Positions 1 through 11,100 of a DNA stretch of 64,000 nucleotides are shown one piece after another. The position numbers and the translations under genes were made by a program. Positions within the stretch are counted from its first letter, which is position 1. Every line of letters starts with the position of its first letter. The DNA is taken from the NCBI GenBank assembly GCA_017676145.1, contig GCA_017676145.1_3628.1; one strand, written 5' to 3'. The notes below the pieces were generated by a model, which was not told the origin of the DNA, did not search any database, and worked only from the letters and a program-made list of their open reading frames with translations. Source of the DNA: a phage.

Positions 1-341
1 TCGGTATATAATCTCCAGTTCGGAGATTGTGAAGGATCTGCTGGCATCCTAACCGGGTTAGATTTTGATGCTGCTGGGGCGTACCACCACTGAGGGCCTG
101 TATCCCCTTTAAACTCATACAACTGGTTAAAAACTGTTGTGGATGCACCATACGCCCAAGGGATTGGTGGCGTTTTAAAATAAAGGGTGTCAAGCATGGC
201 TTTTCGTACCGTAGGGATGGTGGTCCCATCCTCTACGACAACTTCATCCACAGCGTTACCGTTGACAATCAGGTGCAAACGTTCAGAATCAACAATTACT
301 TGATCTACCGCCTGCTCAAAGCTTGTCATGTCTTGCGCCAT
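1..341 (-). CDS. hypothetical protein, N-terminal part only (gene runs past window start); tail-fibre module
   Basis: ATG at 339-341 (minus) preceded by AAGGAGAAA Shine-Dalgarno; frame stays open to position 1; translation begins MAQDMTSFEQAVDQ. Confidence 0.4.
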   Translation of the reverse strand, partial: MAQDMTSFEQAVDQVIVDSERLHLIVNGNAVDEVVVEDGTTIPTVRKAMLDTLYFKTPPIPWAYGASTTVFNQLYEFKGDTGPQWWYAPAASKSNPVRMPADPSQSPNWRLYT

Positions 342-350
342 GATTTCTCC

Positions 351-617
351 TTAAGCTTTTTGCTCTTCGTTTTTAACGTGGTCAGGGTGCTGGCAACCCC
401 ACCGGAGCGAGATGAATTTGCTAATAAGCTGGGGGCAAGCTACTGAAGGTGCGTATATCCACGCATACCATTCAGGAAGCGTATCATTGTACCCCATATG
501 AATAAACACCCCAGTCATCACTGCCATGCCTATGTTTGACCATAGCTTAGATTGGGACACTTTTGTAGGGTCATCAGATGCTGCAACCAGTCCCCATAAA
601 AACTGAGTTAATTTCAT
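351..617 (-). CDS. small membrane protein (2-3 hydrophobic segments); holin or exclusion candidate
   Basis: 88 aa ORF with hydrophobic stretches IGMAVMTGVFIHM and WYAWIYAPSVA; lies between tail-fibre genes. Confidence 0.35.
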   Translation of the reverse strand: MKLTQFLWGLVAASDDPTKVSQSKLWSNIGMAVMTGVFIHMGYNDTLPEWYAWIYAPSVACPQLISKFISLRWGCQHPDHVKNEEQKA

Positions 618-626
618 TTACCCTCT

Positions 627-1673
627 TTAAGCATAAGATATGGTGATCCATTGACCGTTTACAAATTTTTGAATGGCTCCAGTCCAATAGTCGCCCTGAT
701 ACGGGTGTTTATATGCGTAATTGCCGGAGCACATTACATGCCCAGGGTATACTCTTGATTCTCTGTAGGTGGTTCTGAAACGGTTTGCTATCCTTACATC
801 TTCAACACCTCTACTAGGCATAGGAATAGTAAGGTTACCACTACTGTCTGCGCTACTACCATTTACCCTGCGGACCACGTTTCTTCCACCAACTGTTGCA
901 TATTGACCCCTGGCGGTTTTATCGTTACAATCTACTCTTCCACCTATTTGAGCGCTGCCGCAGGATTGTTGCCCATTAACAGTGGATCTAGGTATCGTTA
1001 CCGCATTAGCATTTGCAGAGGAGCTTTTTGCATCATTGCATTCAAGATTTCCTTGGATAGCCAGTCTTGCACGGTTGGCAGTTATAGCATTGAGCTTCAT
1101 AGCCGAAAACACAGGCTGCCCACCAGAAGGTTGAAATCTCCAACGGAAACCGTCTATTTGGTGAGAGGGATCATCAAGGTCTGTGCCGTCAGCACCACCG
1201 ATGTTGTCCATAATCCAGAAATCCATCATCGTCTTGTCTGGAGTTATGGTGGTGTATATCGCCGCACTATCTGTTGACGCGGATGCAAACTCGATTCTTT
1301 GAAGACCTAAAGTTTGAGTCTGGATCATTGTGTCTCCAGCCTTGTCAACATAAAGGTCATCCATTTCTTCAGGCGAGTATACATTGAGAACTTGACGTGC
1401 AGCAGCTTTGTCTGGAACGTCTGCCAGATTATTAGTGACCCTTAAGAATCTATTATCCCATCCTGGGACAACATCTTCTGTTAAATGCTTTAGCCACGCA
1501 GAGAGCATGTGGAGTTCAAAGTTAACAACTTCACATGCTATCCTTTGTGTCATATCCCAACCTTTCAATCTCTCTTCTTTGTTCGGTTGAGATTTGTTCA
1601 ACTCTCCTGTATTTTCAAGCACAACATCCTGATTGGCCCAAATATCAAGAGGGATAACTGGTTTAGTCATCAC
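627..1673 (-). CDS. tail fibre protein (paralog B)
   Basis: 348 aa; paralog of 2686-3726 with shared N-terminus and C-terminal NGQWIT motif; GDTM motif typical of phage fibres. Confidence 0.6.
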   Translation of the reverse strand: MMTKPVIPLDIWANQDVVLENTGELNKSQPNKEERLKGWDMTQRIACEVVNFELHMLSAWLKHLTEDVVPGWDNRFLRVTNNLADVPDKAAARQVLNVYSPEEMDDLYVDKAGDTMIQTQTLGLQRIEFASASTDSAAIYTTITPDKTMMDFWIMDNIGGADGTDLDDPSHQIDGFRWRFQPSGGQPVFSAMKLNAITANRARLAIQGNLECNDAKSSSANANAVTIPRSTVNGQQSCGSAQIGGRVDCNDKTARGQYATVGGRNVVRRVNGSSADSSGNLTIPMPSRGVEDVRIANRFRTTYRESRVYPGHVMCSGNYAYKHPYQGDYWTGAIQKFVNGQWITISYA

Positions 1674-1760
1674 GTTCTCCTGAGAAAATTCCTTAAGGAC
1701 TATTTTAACACTTTAGAGAACAAAATGCAAGAACGGCATCCTTGCCGTTCTGACCTTTGT

Positions 1761-2075
1761 TTACCTTTTACTATGCTCTACAAGCATGTGTAAAATCTTT
1801 TGCACATCGGCTCTGATACCGGAGACATCTGTCCTGACATCTTGCTTAAGGTCGTTAATATCGGCCTCTAGCTTACTTAACCGGGTCTCAATAATGGAAT
1901 CAAGTCTATCTTTTGTAACCATGCTATTTTTCACTAAAATGAGGTCTTTCTCCAGCTCATCCAACCTCTTGGAAATGCCTTTCCATTTGGTGTGCCACTG
2001 GTTGAAAGCCCATACACAGATCGGGACAACGGTACCCATGCAGATACCGTACAATGCCGCCAAATCCAACTCCAC
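1761..2075 (-). CDS. membrane-anchored coiled-coil protein (holin, antiholin or exclusion candidate)
   Basis: 104 aa; N-terminal hydrophobic helix LAALYGICMGTVVPICVWAF followed by a charged heptad-like region. Confidence 0.35.
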   Translation of the reverse strand: MELDLAALYGICMGTVVPICVWAFNQWHTKWKGISKRLDELEKDLILVKNSMVTKDRLDSIIETRLSKLEADINDLKQDVRTDVSGIRADVQKILHMLVEHSKR

Positions 2076-2086
2076 AACACCTCCTC

Positions 2087-2671
2087 TTAGAGGGTAGGTC
2101 GTTCCGGGAAGAAAATGTCAGGGGCTTTAGATGTATCTATTTCAAGAAGTTTTACCCTGTACATTTTCAAATCTCTGATGTTGCGTTTTTGGTCATCAGT
2201 GAGATCGTATTCAAGGTCAATCATGTCTTGATAGGCACCAATTCTAGCAGTAGCCCAAGCAAGTTCTGTCTCTATGACACCCTCTGCCTGTTGAACAAAG
2301 AATTCATTGTCTGTGACAAATTCATCACCAACTAAACGCAAAGCGTCGTGGTGGAGCATAATGTTTTCTGGTACCTCTTCTTTTTTGGCGATAACCACAC
2401 GAAGACCTGGAGCAGGCCACAAGGCATCAGGTTCTTCTGTAGATGTCTTAAGAATACCCTTCTCGTCAACAAGTAGGAAGATACAGCCTGGATTTTCTTG
2501 TCGTAGTGTTCGTGATTGCACATACCAATCGCCATCATCATTACGTAAAAAATATCCAGTGTATGCCGTATAATCCTCAACCTCCTGAGGAGTCAGCTCC
2601 TTGGTACCTTTGTTGGTGTGGTATTCGCCAGATCCCGGTTGGTAAAGCTTAAACTCTTGAAGTATTTTCAT
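2087..2671 (-). CDS. tail fibre assembly protein (Tfa-like chaperone)
   Basis: 194 aa; C-terminal YRVKLLEIDTSKAPDIFFPERP matches the conserved Tfa C-terminus (YRVLLNRVDTSTAPDIEWP type); directly downstream of a fibre gene. Confidence 0.75.
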   Translation of the reverse strand: MKILQEFKLYQPGSGEYHTNKGTKELTPQEVEDYTAYTGYFLRNDDGDWYVQSRTLRQENPGCIFLLVDEKGILKTSTEEPDALWPAPGLRVVIAKKEEVPENIMLHHDALRLVGDEFVTDNEFFVQQAEGVIETELAWATARIGAYQDMIDLEYDLTDDQKRNIRDLKMYRVKLLEIDTSKAPDIFFPERPTL

Positions 2672-2685
2672 GCTAGTCCTCCGAT

Positions 2686-3726
2686 CTACGCATAATTAAC
2701 AGTGATCCATTGACCATTTACAAGTTTCTGTAAAGGCCCTGCCCAGTAGGTTGAACCACGCATCTCTTTTTTATCACCAAAATGCCAACCTGTGACAACG
2801 TAGCCGTTGCGAACTGGAGATTCAGAAACACCATCAACAAGTCTTGCGCCGATTCTGATATCCTGTACACCTGTCTGCGGGATGGTGATCGTTACATCCC
2901 CGTTGCCGTTAGCCGTCACTCCATTCACAGAGCGCACCACATTTCTGTTACCGACAACACAATGCTGGCTTCTTACAACCATACTGTCACAACTTGCACC
3001 GCCATTGACATATACTGACCCAGCCGTCAACTGACTAGCTACATTGCAGTTGGTGAATGTTGCTGTGCTGCTAATGGTGAGGTTATTACATCGCATGTTA
3101 TCAACAACTTCAACATTGCCCACCACTTTCAACAACGCACGATTAGCCGTGATTGCGTTCAGATACATCAAAGTGAACTCTGGGTTAATGTCAGGCTGAG
3201 TTGGCTGAAATCTCCAACGGAACGCATCTACTGTAGAGGTGCCACCATCATCAAACGCCCCAATATTATCACTTAACCCAAAGTCGAGAGTTGTCTTATC
3301 TGGGCCAATAGTTGTCTCTATCCAAGCCTTATCTGTCTCGGCAGCTTTAAAGTTGATACGTTGCAAACCCAATGGGCCTGTCATTGTATCACCTGTAACT
3401 TTCACATACCTGGCGTCTGCCTCTTCCTTAGTAATAATACCAAGGTTTCTACGGGCAACAGGGATGTTCAAAAGATCACTCAAGTTATTATCACGTACCA
3501 GATAACGGCCTTCTTGAGCGGGGATCTGCTCGTCAGCAATGTATTTTGCCCAAGTCCCGAGCATATTGAAAATATAGTTAAGTTCTTCACAGGATGGCTT
3601 TTGACCAAGATCCCAACCTTTTCTCCACAAATCATCAATCGGGCGTAGCCTGTTCTGTCTGTGGGTGTTAGGCAGAACCTGATCCTCCTCTGCCCAAATC
3701 TCTAATGGAAAACTAGGTTTTGACAT
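2686..3726 (-). CDS. tail fibre protein (paralog A)
   Basis: 346 aa; GDTMTGPL motif; C-terminal KLVNGQWITVNYA; paralog of 627-1673. Confidence 0.6.
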   Translation of the reverse strand: MSKPSFPLEIWAEEDQVLPNTHRQNRLRPIDDLWRKGWDLGQKPSCEELNYIFNMLGTWAKYIADEQIPAQEGRYLVRDNNLSDLLNIPVARRNLGIITKEEADARYVKVTGDTMTGPLGLQRINFKAAETDKAWIETTIGPDKTTLDFGLSDNIGAFDDGGTSTVDAFRWRFQPTQPDINPEFTLMYLNAITANRALLKVVGNVEVVDNMRCNNLTISSTATFTNCNVASQLTAGSVYVNGGASCDSMVVRSQHCVVGNRNVVRSVNGVTANGNGDVTITIPQTGVQDIRIGARLVDGVSESPVRNGYVVTGWHFGDKKEMRGSTYWAGPLQKLVNGQWITVNYA

Positions 3727-3738
3727 TTTATCTCCTGA

Positions 3739-5811
3739 TTATGAGAAGTCTGGCGGGACAACATCTTCTACATACCCTTTCAGAGCAACCTGCCCCATAT
3801 GGAGCACGGTAGAATCCCTAGCGGTAACAGTGATGCTGTCAGACATTACTTGCGGGTATGCCCACACATACTGTTTTACCTCAGGGTATCTATACTCTAT
3901 GGTTGCCATGTTCCCGCAGATACATCTCCATAAAAATTCTTGGTAATTCCTGGTTGGGTCGTAGCCATATACCGGAGCAAGCTCTTTGCTAGGAACGAAC
4001 CCTGCAAGGTATTGTATTTCAGACGGTTGCCAACCTAACTTAACGATAGGTATGTTTACAGACTCTTTTGCCTTTTCAATACCACCCTGCATCACCCAAT
4101 CGTAGCACTCAGTGCAGAAGAAATCAAGAGCACCTGCTTCCTTTTTATATTGGTCAGCAAGGTTCAGCTTTTGCGTAAGCTCGGTTTCCATAATGGTCGG
4201 GAAAAACAGCAAAGCTGTCATCTGAGCCGATGCAGCGTGTGCTTTTATTGCCTTTGAAATAGCTGCAATACGAGCGCCAAGCTTACCACGACAAAATGCT
4301 ACATACTTGTCATAAACACCGCCAGTTTTAGGATCGTCAATAGTCCCAATGTCTAGTGCATATTCACCAGTCTCATCATAAAACGCCTGTTTTGTAGGGT
4401 AGTCATAAATACAAGGCTTACGAGTATCGGTATTGAACCACCACCACGGTTCACCAATCTGCATAATTACTGGCAGGTTGTTTCTCATAGCGGCTGATGC
4501 AAAATTCTTAAATACTGCAGTAAGGAAATTCATACCCTCTTCAATGGTTGGAGACAAGAGGTAACTACAAGGCGTATAGCCTGTTTTAGCATAGTTATCG
4601 TTCCAATCTCTCTGGGTCCATTCCAACGGACAGGCATCGCTATAAAGCTCAAAGCTTACAGACTGCATAACGTCGAAGTCATGTCGCTTGGCATTATACA
4701 TAAAGTCATCGTGCCATTTATAAGCTGCAGCGTTTAGAGCCCCTGTCCTGTTTATAGACCATTGGGTTCCGGACCATGTGTAATCATAATAATGGCTCAT
4801 ACCAACATAATGGTTTATGGTTCCGGTATAGCCCAGACGCTTGATATTGCTCACCACCCTTAAAGGAGATACGTTCCACATATCGTCATATGCTGTGCAG
4901 ATCCCAACGTCGTGCTCTTTCACCTGGATATTGTTAAGTTGCATCATTTTCCAGCCTGTGTCTGGCTGAAGCAGATCTAGACGCAACTCACACTCTACAT
5001 TTTCCGTTCTTGGGTCTGTACTATTACTTACCCAATCTTTAGGCATAAGTGGTATTAGAATCCTTCTCACCTGTCGAGGATCAACACCCATCATGTTGTT
5101 GTTCTGGTCCATCCCGACGCAGTCCTCGAAATCAATATGAATTTCTGCAACATTCTTATCCTCTGAGATGCTGACAGCATATTGAGCTAAAGGAACATAG
5201 ATGATTGTGCCATCAACAAGGTCTACAGTCATAATCATCTTTTCAGGGGTGGAGAAGTTGCTGGCATTGGTTATTGACATTCTGAACCAAAGCTTGGTGT
5301 TTCTCATCTCGTAGTGATCATCAAATCCAATGCCGAAATGGTCATACTTGTCAACTGTTTCCCAAATGCACCCAGCCATGCCTCCATATGTTCTTGACAC
5401 TAAACGGTTAATACAGCAGTTATTATCTGCAACAATACAGGTGCTTTCAGTCTGCTGGGTAGTTGTAACCCAATATCTTGGGTGAAACATTCTCTCCTCA
5501 ACAGTATCCCAAGATATTCTGTCAAGATTCTCATCTGAAACTATTGTGCATTTCGCTCTTTGTGTTCCAATCATAACCCCTTGAGAGTTTGATGAAAACT
5601 CCATAAAGAAGCTTCTTGGCAACCTGTTTGGCAATTTGTCAACAATTTCTACAGGGATCTCAATACTGGTTGCCCCAACCGGGATAGTTACATCGCCCTC
5701 AACATGATCATAATCTCTACCTGGAACTGCAGTATCCTGAACTGTGCGGTAATGAAACCGTGCAGCCATCGTAGAGTAATCACGGTAAGGTTTAAAAACA
5801 GCTGTTGCCAT
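3739..5811 (-). CDS. tail-associated protein with N-terminal Calx-beta-like segment
   Basis: 690 aa; N-terminal DYDHVEGDVTIPVGATSIEIPVEIVDK resembles a Calx-beta repeat; position in fibre module. Confidence 0.4.
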   Translation of the reverse strand: MATAVFKPYRDYSTMAARFHYRTVQDTAVPGRDYDHVEGDVTIPVGATSIEIPVEIVDKLPNRLPRSFFMEFSSNSQGVMIGTQRAKCTIVSDENLDRISWDTVEERMFHPRYWVTTTQQTESTCIVADNNCCINRLVSRTYGGMAGCIWETVDKYDHFGIGFDDHYEMRNTKLWFRMSITNASNFSTPEKMIMTVDLVDGTIIYVPLAQYAVSISEDKNVAEIHIDFEDCVGMDQNNNMMGVDPRQVRRILIPLMPKDWVSNSTDPRTENVECELRLDLLQPDTGWKMMQLNNIQVKEHDVGICTAYDDMWNVSPLRVVSNIKRLGYTGTINHYVGMSHYYDYTWSGTQWSINRTGALNAAAYKWHDDFMYNAKRHDFDVMQSVSFELYSDACPLEWTQRDWNDNYAKTGYTPCSYLLSPTIEEGMNFLTAVFKNFASAAMRNNLPVIMQIGEPWWWFNTDTRKPCIYDYPTKQAFYDETGEYALDIGTIDDPKTGGVYDKYVAFCRGKLGARIAAISKAIKAHAASAQMTALLFFPTIMETELTQKLNLADQYKKEAGALDFFCTECYDWVMQGGIEKAKESVNIPIVKLGWQPSEIQYLAGFVPSKELAPVYGYDPTRNYQEFLWRCICGNMATIEYRYPEVKQYVWAYPQVMSDSITVTARDSTVLHMGQVALKGYVEDVVPPDFS

Positions 5812-6497
5812 TAACCCTCCTGTCTAGTTGCGTTTACTGTAATACTTTCACAATAAATAGTTGTGGTGTCCCAATCAGGTCTTACGTCAGGAACATATAG
5901 CAAAGTAGCCAACCCACCAACTCCGAACTGGTTTTCTTCCCACACCGATCCGAAGCCGAGAGCTGTAGAATCGCCTTCAAAACCAAAAGCTTGTCCTTGC
6001 GATTCTGTAAGACGCAAATGACAAGGCAGTGGTAGCATATCTAAGATCTGATCTATGGACTGTAATATGTCAAAGCAAGTTTTTCTAATGTTTATGTCAA
6101 ATCTAAAGTTGTCACCTTTCCACGTATCGAAATTGTCTCTTCCGAACAATTGTCGCAAGGTTGAGATGACATCTTCACGAGTCCCGCCCCTCGATGCTGC
6201 TGCCTGCTGAATAATCAGGGTAGCACGAAAATCAGCATCTGAAAGCCCATTCCGAAGAATACCGAGTTGATTACCAACTTCGTCAAGGTATCTTCCACTG
6301 GCATTGTTAAGCAATCTTCCTTCAGCCAAACCTACCAGCATCTTATCAACATTCTCCAACCTTTTAAGGTACACGGTTAAGAATGTGACTAAATTAACCT
6401 TCTCAGCCAGAAAATCTCCAGGCAGGTAGTCAAGACCCCCCTGAACAAAATCTGGCAGAGTGTGGATGTGGTTAACATCCGACTTAATCTCTGCCAT
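5811..6497 (-). CDS. hypothetical tail protein
   Basis: 228 aa ORF, start codon overlaps stop of upstream gene; operon position. Confidence 0.35.
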   Translation of the reverse strand: MAEIKSDVNHIHTLPDFVQGGLDYLPGDFLAEKVNLVTFLTVYLKRLENVDKMLVGLAEGRLLNNASGRYLDEVGNQLGILRNGLSDADFRATLIIQQAAASRGGTREDVISTLRQLFGRDNFDTWKGDNFRFDINIRKTCFDILQSIDQILDMLPLPCHLRLTESQGQAFGFEGDSTALGFGSVWEENQFGVGGLATLLYVPDVRPDWDTTTIYCESITVNATRQEG

Positions 6498-6509
6498 ATC
6501 CCCGCCGCC

Positions 6510-8000
6510 TTAAATAGTTTGTTGGAAAGTTATATTGCTTTCATCGAGGTCAAACACCTCGGTCATGTTCGCAACAACATCGTTTGTAGTGTAAGCTTCG
6601 TCAGAGGCTCCTACAGGTTTAACTTGAATTACCAATCTGTTAAATCTGCCTATCGACACAGCAGCCGATGCAGCACCTACCAATTGGATATTATACAACG
6701 TATCGGCAACATCTAAGCCGTTAACAACTTGCAAAAGAGCCTCTGTAATGGCATCTTTTTCGGTAGTAGAAAGCGCAGCACCTGAGTAGGTAATTCTCAT
6801 ATCCAGGCGGTAAGTGTTTGCCTTAGAATAATAAATCCTTTCAGTCTGACCGTCTGATGTGGTAATATCGTAGAAGATATTCCCATAAGTTCTATTTGTG
6901 CAAGCTATGGTTTGATACAGCGCCTGACAGATATCCTCTGTTGCACCACCGAACACCACCACTTGAAACTTATAAGGTGGTATACCTTTCGCATCCGTTT
7001 TATCGGTGTTGTTAGAGAACACTCTTACTTTCTCAACACCCTTCACCTCGCTTACAGCGCTAAGGATTGCAGGACGGGTAGCTTTAGATGTTAACTGTTT
7101 AGTGCTGGAAGCTCTTAAGCGATACTCTGAGTCCTTCTCAACATCCCTGCCCTCATTGAATCTTTCTCGGTTGGTAAGCTTGATAAATCCGCTGGGAGTA
7201 GGCGACATTGTTGTCACGGTTTCTGCCTCTCTTGACAGCTCACCAGCCTCGTTAGCTATAACATCTAAGGTGATAGTTCTTTCACCTACAATCGGGGATA
7301 CTCTGAAATCTACTCTGCTATTAAGACCAACTTGATCAAGATTCGAATTGTATCCTATCCACAACGTTCCTGTCAACATATCGATCTGAATCAAATCGTC
7401 GTTCAACAGGGTTGTATTATCTACAATGAATTGCTTAATCTCGCCGTAAAAGCTTGGTAAATCAGAAGAGTCCAGAGACTTATCGGTTAAAACCAGACTT
7501 TTTGTTTTGATACTTCCATCTGTCTGGTTGGTAATTTGAAAGTTGTATTTACCAATCCTTAGGTCTGGAGCATTTATTCTGTGAGCAATAAGATTCCCTG
7601 CTACTTGCACATCGTTGCTAAGAACAAAGTTGCCACTGTCCAGCGTATAAGTTTTGGAATCATAAATCATATTGTACGGCACAGTTGTGTTGATTGTCAA
7701 CTGGCAAGTACCCGATGATTTAGAACGGCCTCTTCGGTAAATACCCTGTCTTCCAAGAAGCTCATCCAGGTAAATACCTTCTGCCCCATACAGCGTCTGT
7801 GATGCGTATACAGATGCTGCCATAAGAATAAGTTGATACTCTCGCTCGTTGAAGATAGTGGTCAGCTTATCTGCAACGGAGTTACTCTGTACGTTGAAGT
7901 TTTCGCCAAAAGCACGGATCAGGCTTTGCTTAGTTTCAACGATTAGGTCATTTAGGGTTGGTATAACGAAACCAGCCTCTGTCAATCCATACTTAGCCAC
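6510..8000 (-). CDS. hypothetical tail or fibre-associated protein
   Basis: 496 aa ORF in tail module; no motif recognised. Confidence 0.35.
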   Translation of the reverse strand: MAKYGLTEAGFVIPTLNDLIVETKQSLIRAFGENFNVQSNSVADKLTTIFNEREYQLILMAASVYASQTLYGAEGIYLDELLGRQGIYRRGRSKSSGTCQLTINTTVPYNMIYDSKTYTLDSGNFVLSNDVQVAGNLIAHRINAPDLRIGKYNFQITNQTDGSIKTKSLVLTDKSLDSSDLPSFYGEIKQFIVDNTTLLNDDLIQIDMLTGTLWIGYNSNLDQVGLNSRVDFRVSPIVGERTITLDVIANEAGELSREAETVTTMSPTPSGFIKLTNRERFNEGRDVEKDSEYRLRASSTKQLTSKATRPAILSAVSEVKGVEKVRVFSNNTDKTDAKGIPPYKFQVVVFGGATEDICQALYQTIACTNRTYGNIFYDITTSDGQTERIYYSKANTYRLDMRITYSGAALSTTEKDAITEALLQVVNGLDVADTLYNIQLVGAASAAVSIGRFNRLVIQVKPVGASDEAYTTNDVVANMTEVFDLDESNITFQQTI

Positions 8001-8070
8001 GTCACTCCTCCGGTATGAAAATCTCTACAAGGTATTTTACCAAATTTTGTAACAATAGTCAATCTGAGCA

Positions 8071-8096
8071 TAAAAATAAACCCCGCCGAAGCGGGG
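8071..8096 (-). terminator. rho-independent terminator or attenuator after the J-like gene
   Basis: plus-strand CCCCGC-CGAA-GCGGGG hairpin preceded by an A-run, which reads as hairpin plus U-run on the minus strand. Confidence 0.5.
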
Positions 8097-8105
8097 CTTT
8101 AAAGG

Positions 8106-11100
8106 TTAGTCGTGAGACTCGTTCCAAGGTCCCTGGAAGCTTGAGTTAGAACGACTAACGATCACAGTGGGACAGGAGATTGTGACACCTGTCACGCTAG
8201 ACGTTGACCACGGTGTGTAAATCTCGATAACAATGTCTATAGTTTGTTCACCCAGACCTGTTATCCCTACCGCACACATGCCGTTGTTGTCGTTAAAATA
8301 CTTCTTGCCAGCAAGGATCTGATGACCAGCTATCCATGCATTCAGTTGGGAGCTGGCAAGAGTACCATTCAGTTTAAAGAAGAATGTTACGTTCTTACCC
8401 TGACCTGAAACGTTATCTACGTATCTCCACCTCCAACGGCAAACCCTTTGCTGGGAGTTATATACTGGAGCACAATCCCCGTAAGTCCTGTGTGCAACAA
8501 TTGCACCTTCGAACTGGTTAGCGCGGATAACAGAAGCTTCTACACGACCACGGAAGGTACCTCCGGTTGCATCTATGGTGCCTCTAAAGCTACCATTATT
8601 GGCATAAACATCCCCACGGAAGGTACCACTGGTGGCGTTAACTGCCCCTGTGAAGTTACCTGCACTAGCGTTGATGTTACCTTTCACCCACACATCCATA
8701 AACTGGGCGTGCCCGTTCTTGTTAATATACCAACCGTATTTGTGGTACCCGTTGCCATCGTAGTTGTTAGACGAAATTTCTTGTGCAATCTTGGCAGAAG
8801 AGATCGTCCCGTTCTCTATAAAGGCATCTTTCAAGAACGCTTGGTTGTTCTTAATTGCGAAAGCAAGGGTTGCTGTTCCATTCCCAGGGTTGTATACCGC
8901 AAAGTTGTTTGCACTAACCATGAAGTATGATTGAACTTGGCCTCCAGAACCTTCCATGCCCAATTGGATACCTGCCACATACTTATTCCCTGCGGAGTCT
9001 ACCTGTATTTTTGTGCCCCATTGAGCATTTACTTTGCCCTCTAAGTCGGTCACAGCCTTAGATGTTGTAGCCACTGCAGCTCTTAGCTCTGATACATCCC
9101 CAACATCATCAATGATCTCCTGCTTAGCAACAGCAAGTTCTTGACGAATAGCTGACGCTGTGCCGTTAATAAGATCCACAGTTGCTTTGTTGGTATCGGA
9201 GATTGTAGCGTCCAGTGCTGTTTTTGTGGAGGTCAGCTTACCATCCAAATCCGCAATCGCCTGTTTGTTGGTAGAAATCTCCCCACGTGCAGAAGTTATC
9301 TGCTCAGACAGTGCGGAGGTTTTCTGATTCAACAAATCTGTGGTGGCCTTGTTGGTATTGGCAATCAAGGTATTGAGATCAGTTTTTGCGGTAGTTATCT
9401 TACCATCAAGGGTGGCATAGTTCTTAGATACCGTCGCGTTTGTCTGACTGATCTTTTGATCCAGAGTTTCAGAGGTCCTGTTAAGAAGATCCACTGTCGC
9501 CTTATTGGTGCTCAAGATGCTTGCGTCAAGTTCTGTTCTCTGGGTATTGATCTTGCCATCCAGAGTTTTATCTCCGGCAAGGTATCCGCTCTCCACTCCA
9601 CCTATTTGTTCTACCAACTCCCCTTTGGCTGCAACCAATTTCTCGTCTAAAGCCTCTGTCTTTTTGTTCAGAAGATCAGTGGTTGCTTTATTGGTTGTCT
9701 CAATCAGGGATGCCAGTCTTCCACTTTCAGTGTTCAGATCGTTGGTGAACTTGTTCTGTGCAGCAACAAGTTTCTTATCCAGCGCTGTGATATTGCCATT
9801 GACATCCTCAAACTTCTGAGTTGTCTCTGTAACTACAGCACCTATCCTATCCCCAAGTTGTTGGAATGCCTCATCTACCCTTCCGTCCATGTACTTGTTA
9901 AGTTCTGTGACACGATTTTCAACCTCTTCAATAGAGGAATCTAAAGTGCTCATCAACTCTTTATAAGTTTCTGTCTTTTTAAATTCAGCATCTATCTGAG
10001 GCATCAAATCTTCAATGGAGGTATAGCAGCGTGCAGCACACTCTACAAACTGAGAACTACCAAAAGCATTTGTGGTTCGAATATACCAATAATAAATCTT
10101 ATCGTTCTGCAGACCTTCAGATGTCCAAGTTGAACCAACACCCATGCGGGTGGCTTTTGAAGTAACGGTTGCATCACTTGTGTCCGGCAACCTTGTCATA
10201 CCAGATGTCCAAAAGTCATACTGGGTGCTTACACTTGCCAAGTCCCTACTGTGTGGAATCAGGGTGATAGCAAAGTACCCCTGCTTAACTTCTACAGAAA
10301 CCGGAGCTTCAGGTGCCTGAATGTTAAACTCGCAGTACGCTTCTGGAGATACACCGCCTTTATAAGATGTTGCAACCACGGTTGCTGTGTATGACCCTTT
10401 GGTCAATCCTTCTACGCGGACAAACTGCTCGACTGTTTGTGCTGTCCAAATAATCTCTCCGTTCTTTCTTACCTGCACAATATTTTGAGCGTAAGTCCCA
10501 ACGTTGTCCCAAGCTAAAACACCGTGAGTTACTTCTCCAGCTTGGAGAACGGAATATCTGAAGTTTTGCGGTTGAGCTACACCAGATGGGGATATCGGAA
10601 TATCTACATCGCCAGAATCCGGAAGTTGCCCTGTGGCATCATTCCACTCTTTAGCATCTTGACGAAGTTTTACCTTGACACCGCCCTTTTTGGTGAACTC
10701 CCATTCAAGAACCCTCATTTCTTGGCCCACTATACCAATACTTGGGAGGTCCATTGTAACATAACGGCCAGGCTTAAATTTAAAACCTCGCATATTGCAG
10801 GTGACTTCAATAATCCTGCCAGCTCTAGCACGTCTTAAGAAGATTGCAGAAACACGTTGAGCTTGATAAGGACTGGTAACAAAGCGATAGTCTATATCGA
10901 TTATCTTTCTTTCTCCATCCTTCTCTATCCACTCTGGTACAAACACTGATGGGAAATCTGTTTCAGAATACCCTTTGGTCGGACTAGTGAATCTGCCAGT
11001 TATCGTGTTAGATCTTTTGTCAAATGAGGCTTCCGGATAGATCTTAACCTCACCACAGACACAGTCCTCACTCAATGTCATTGTTGCCGGACCATAGTAT

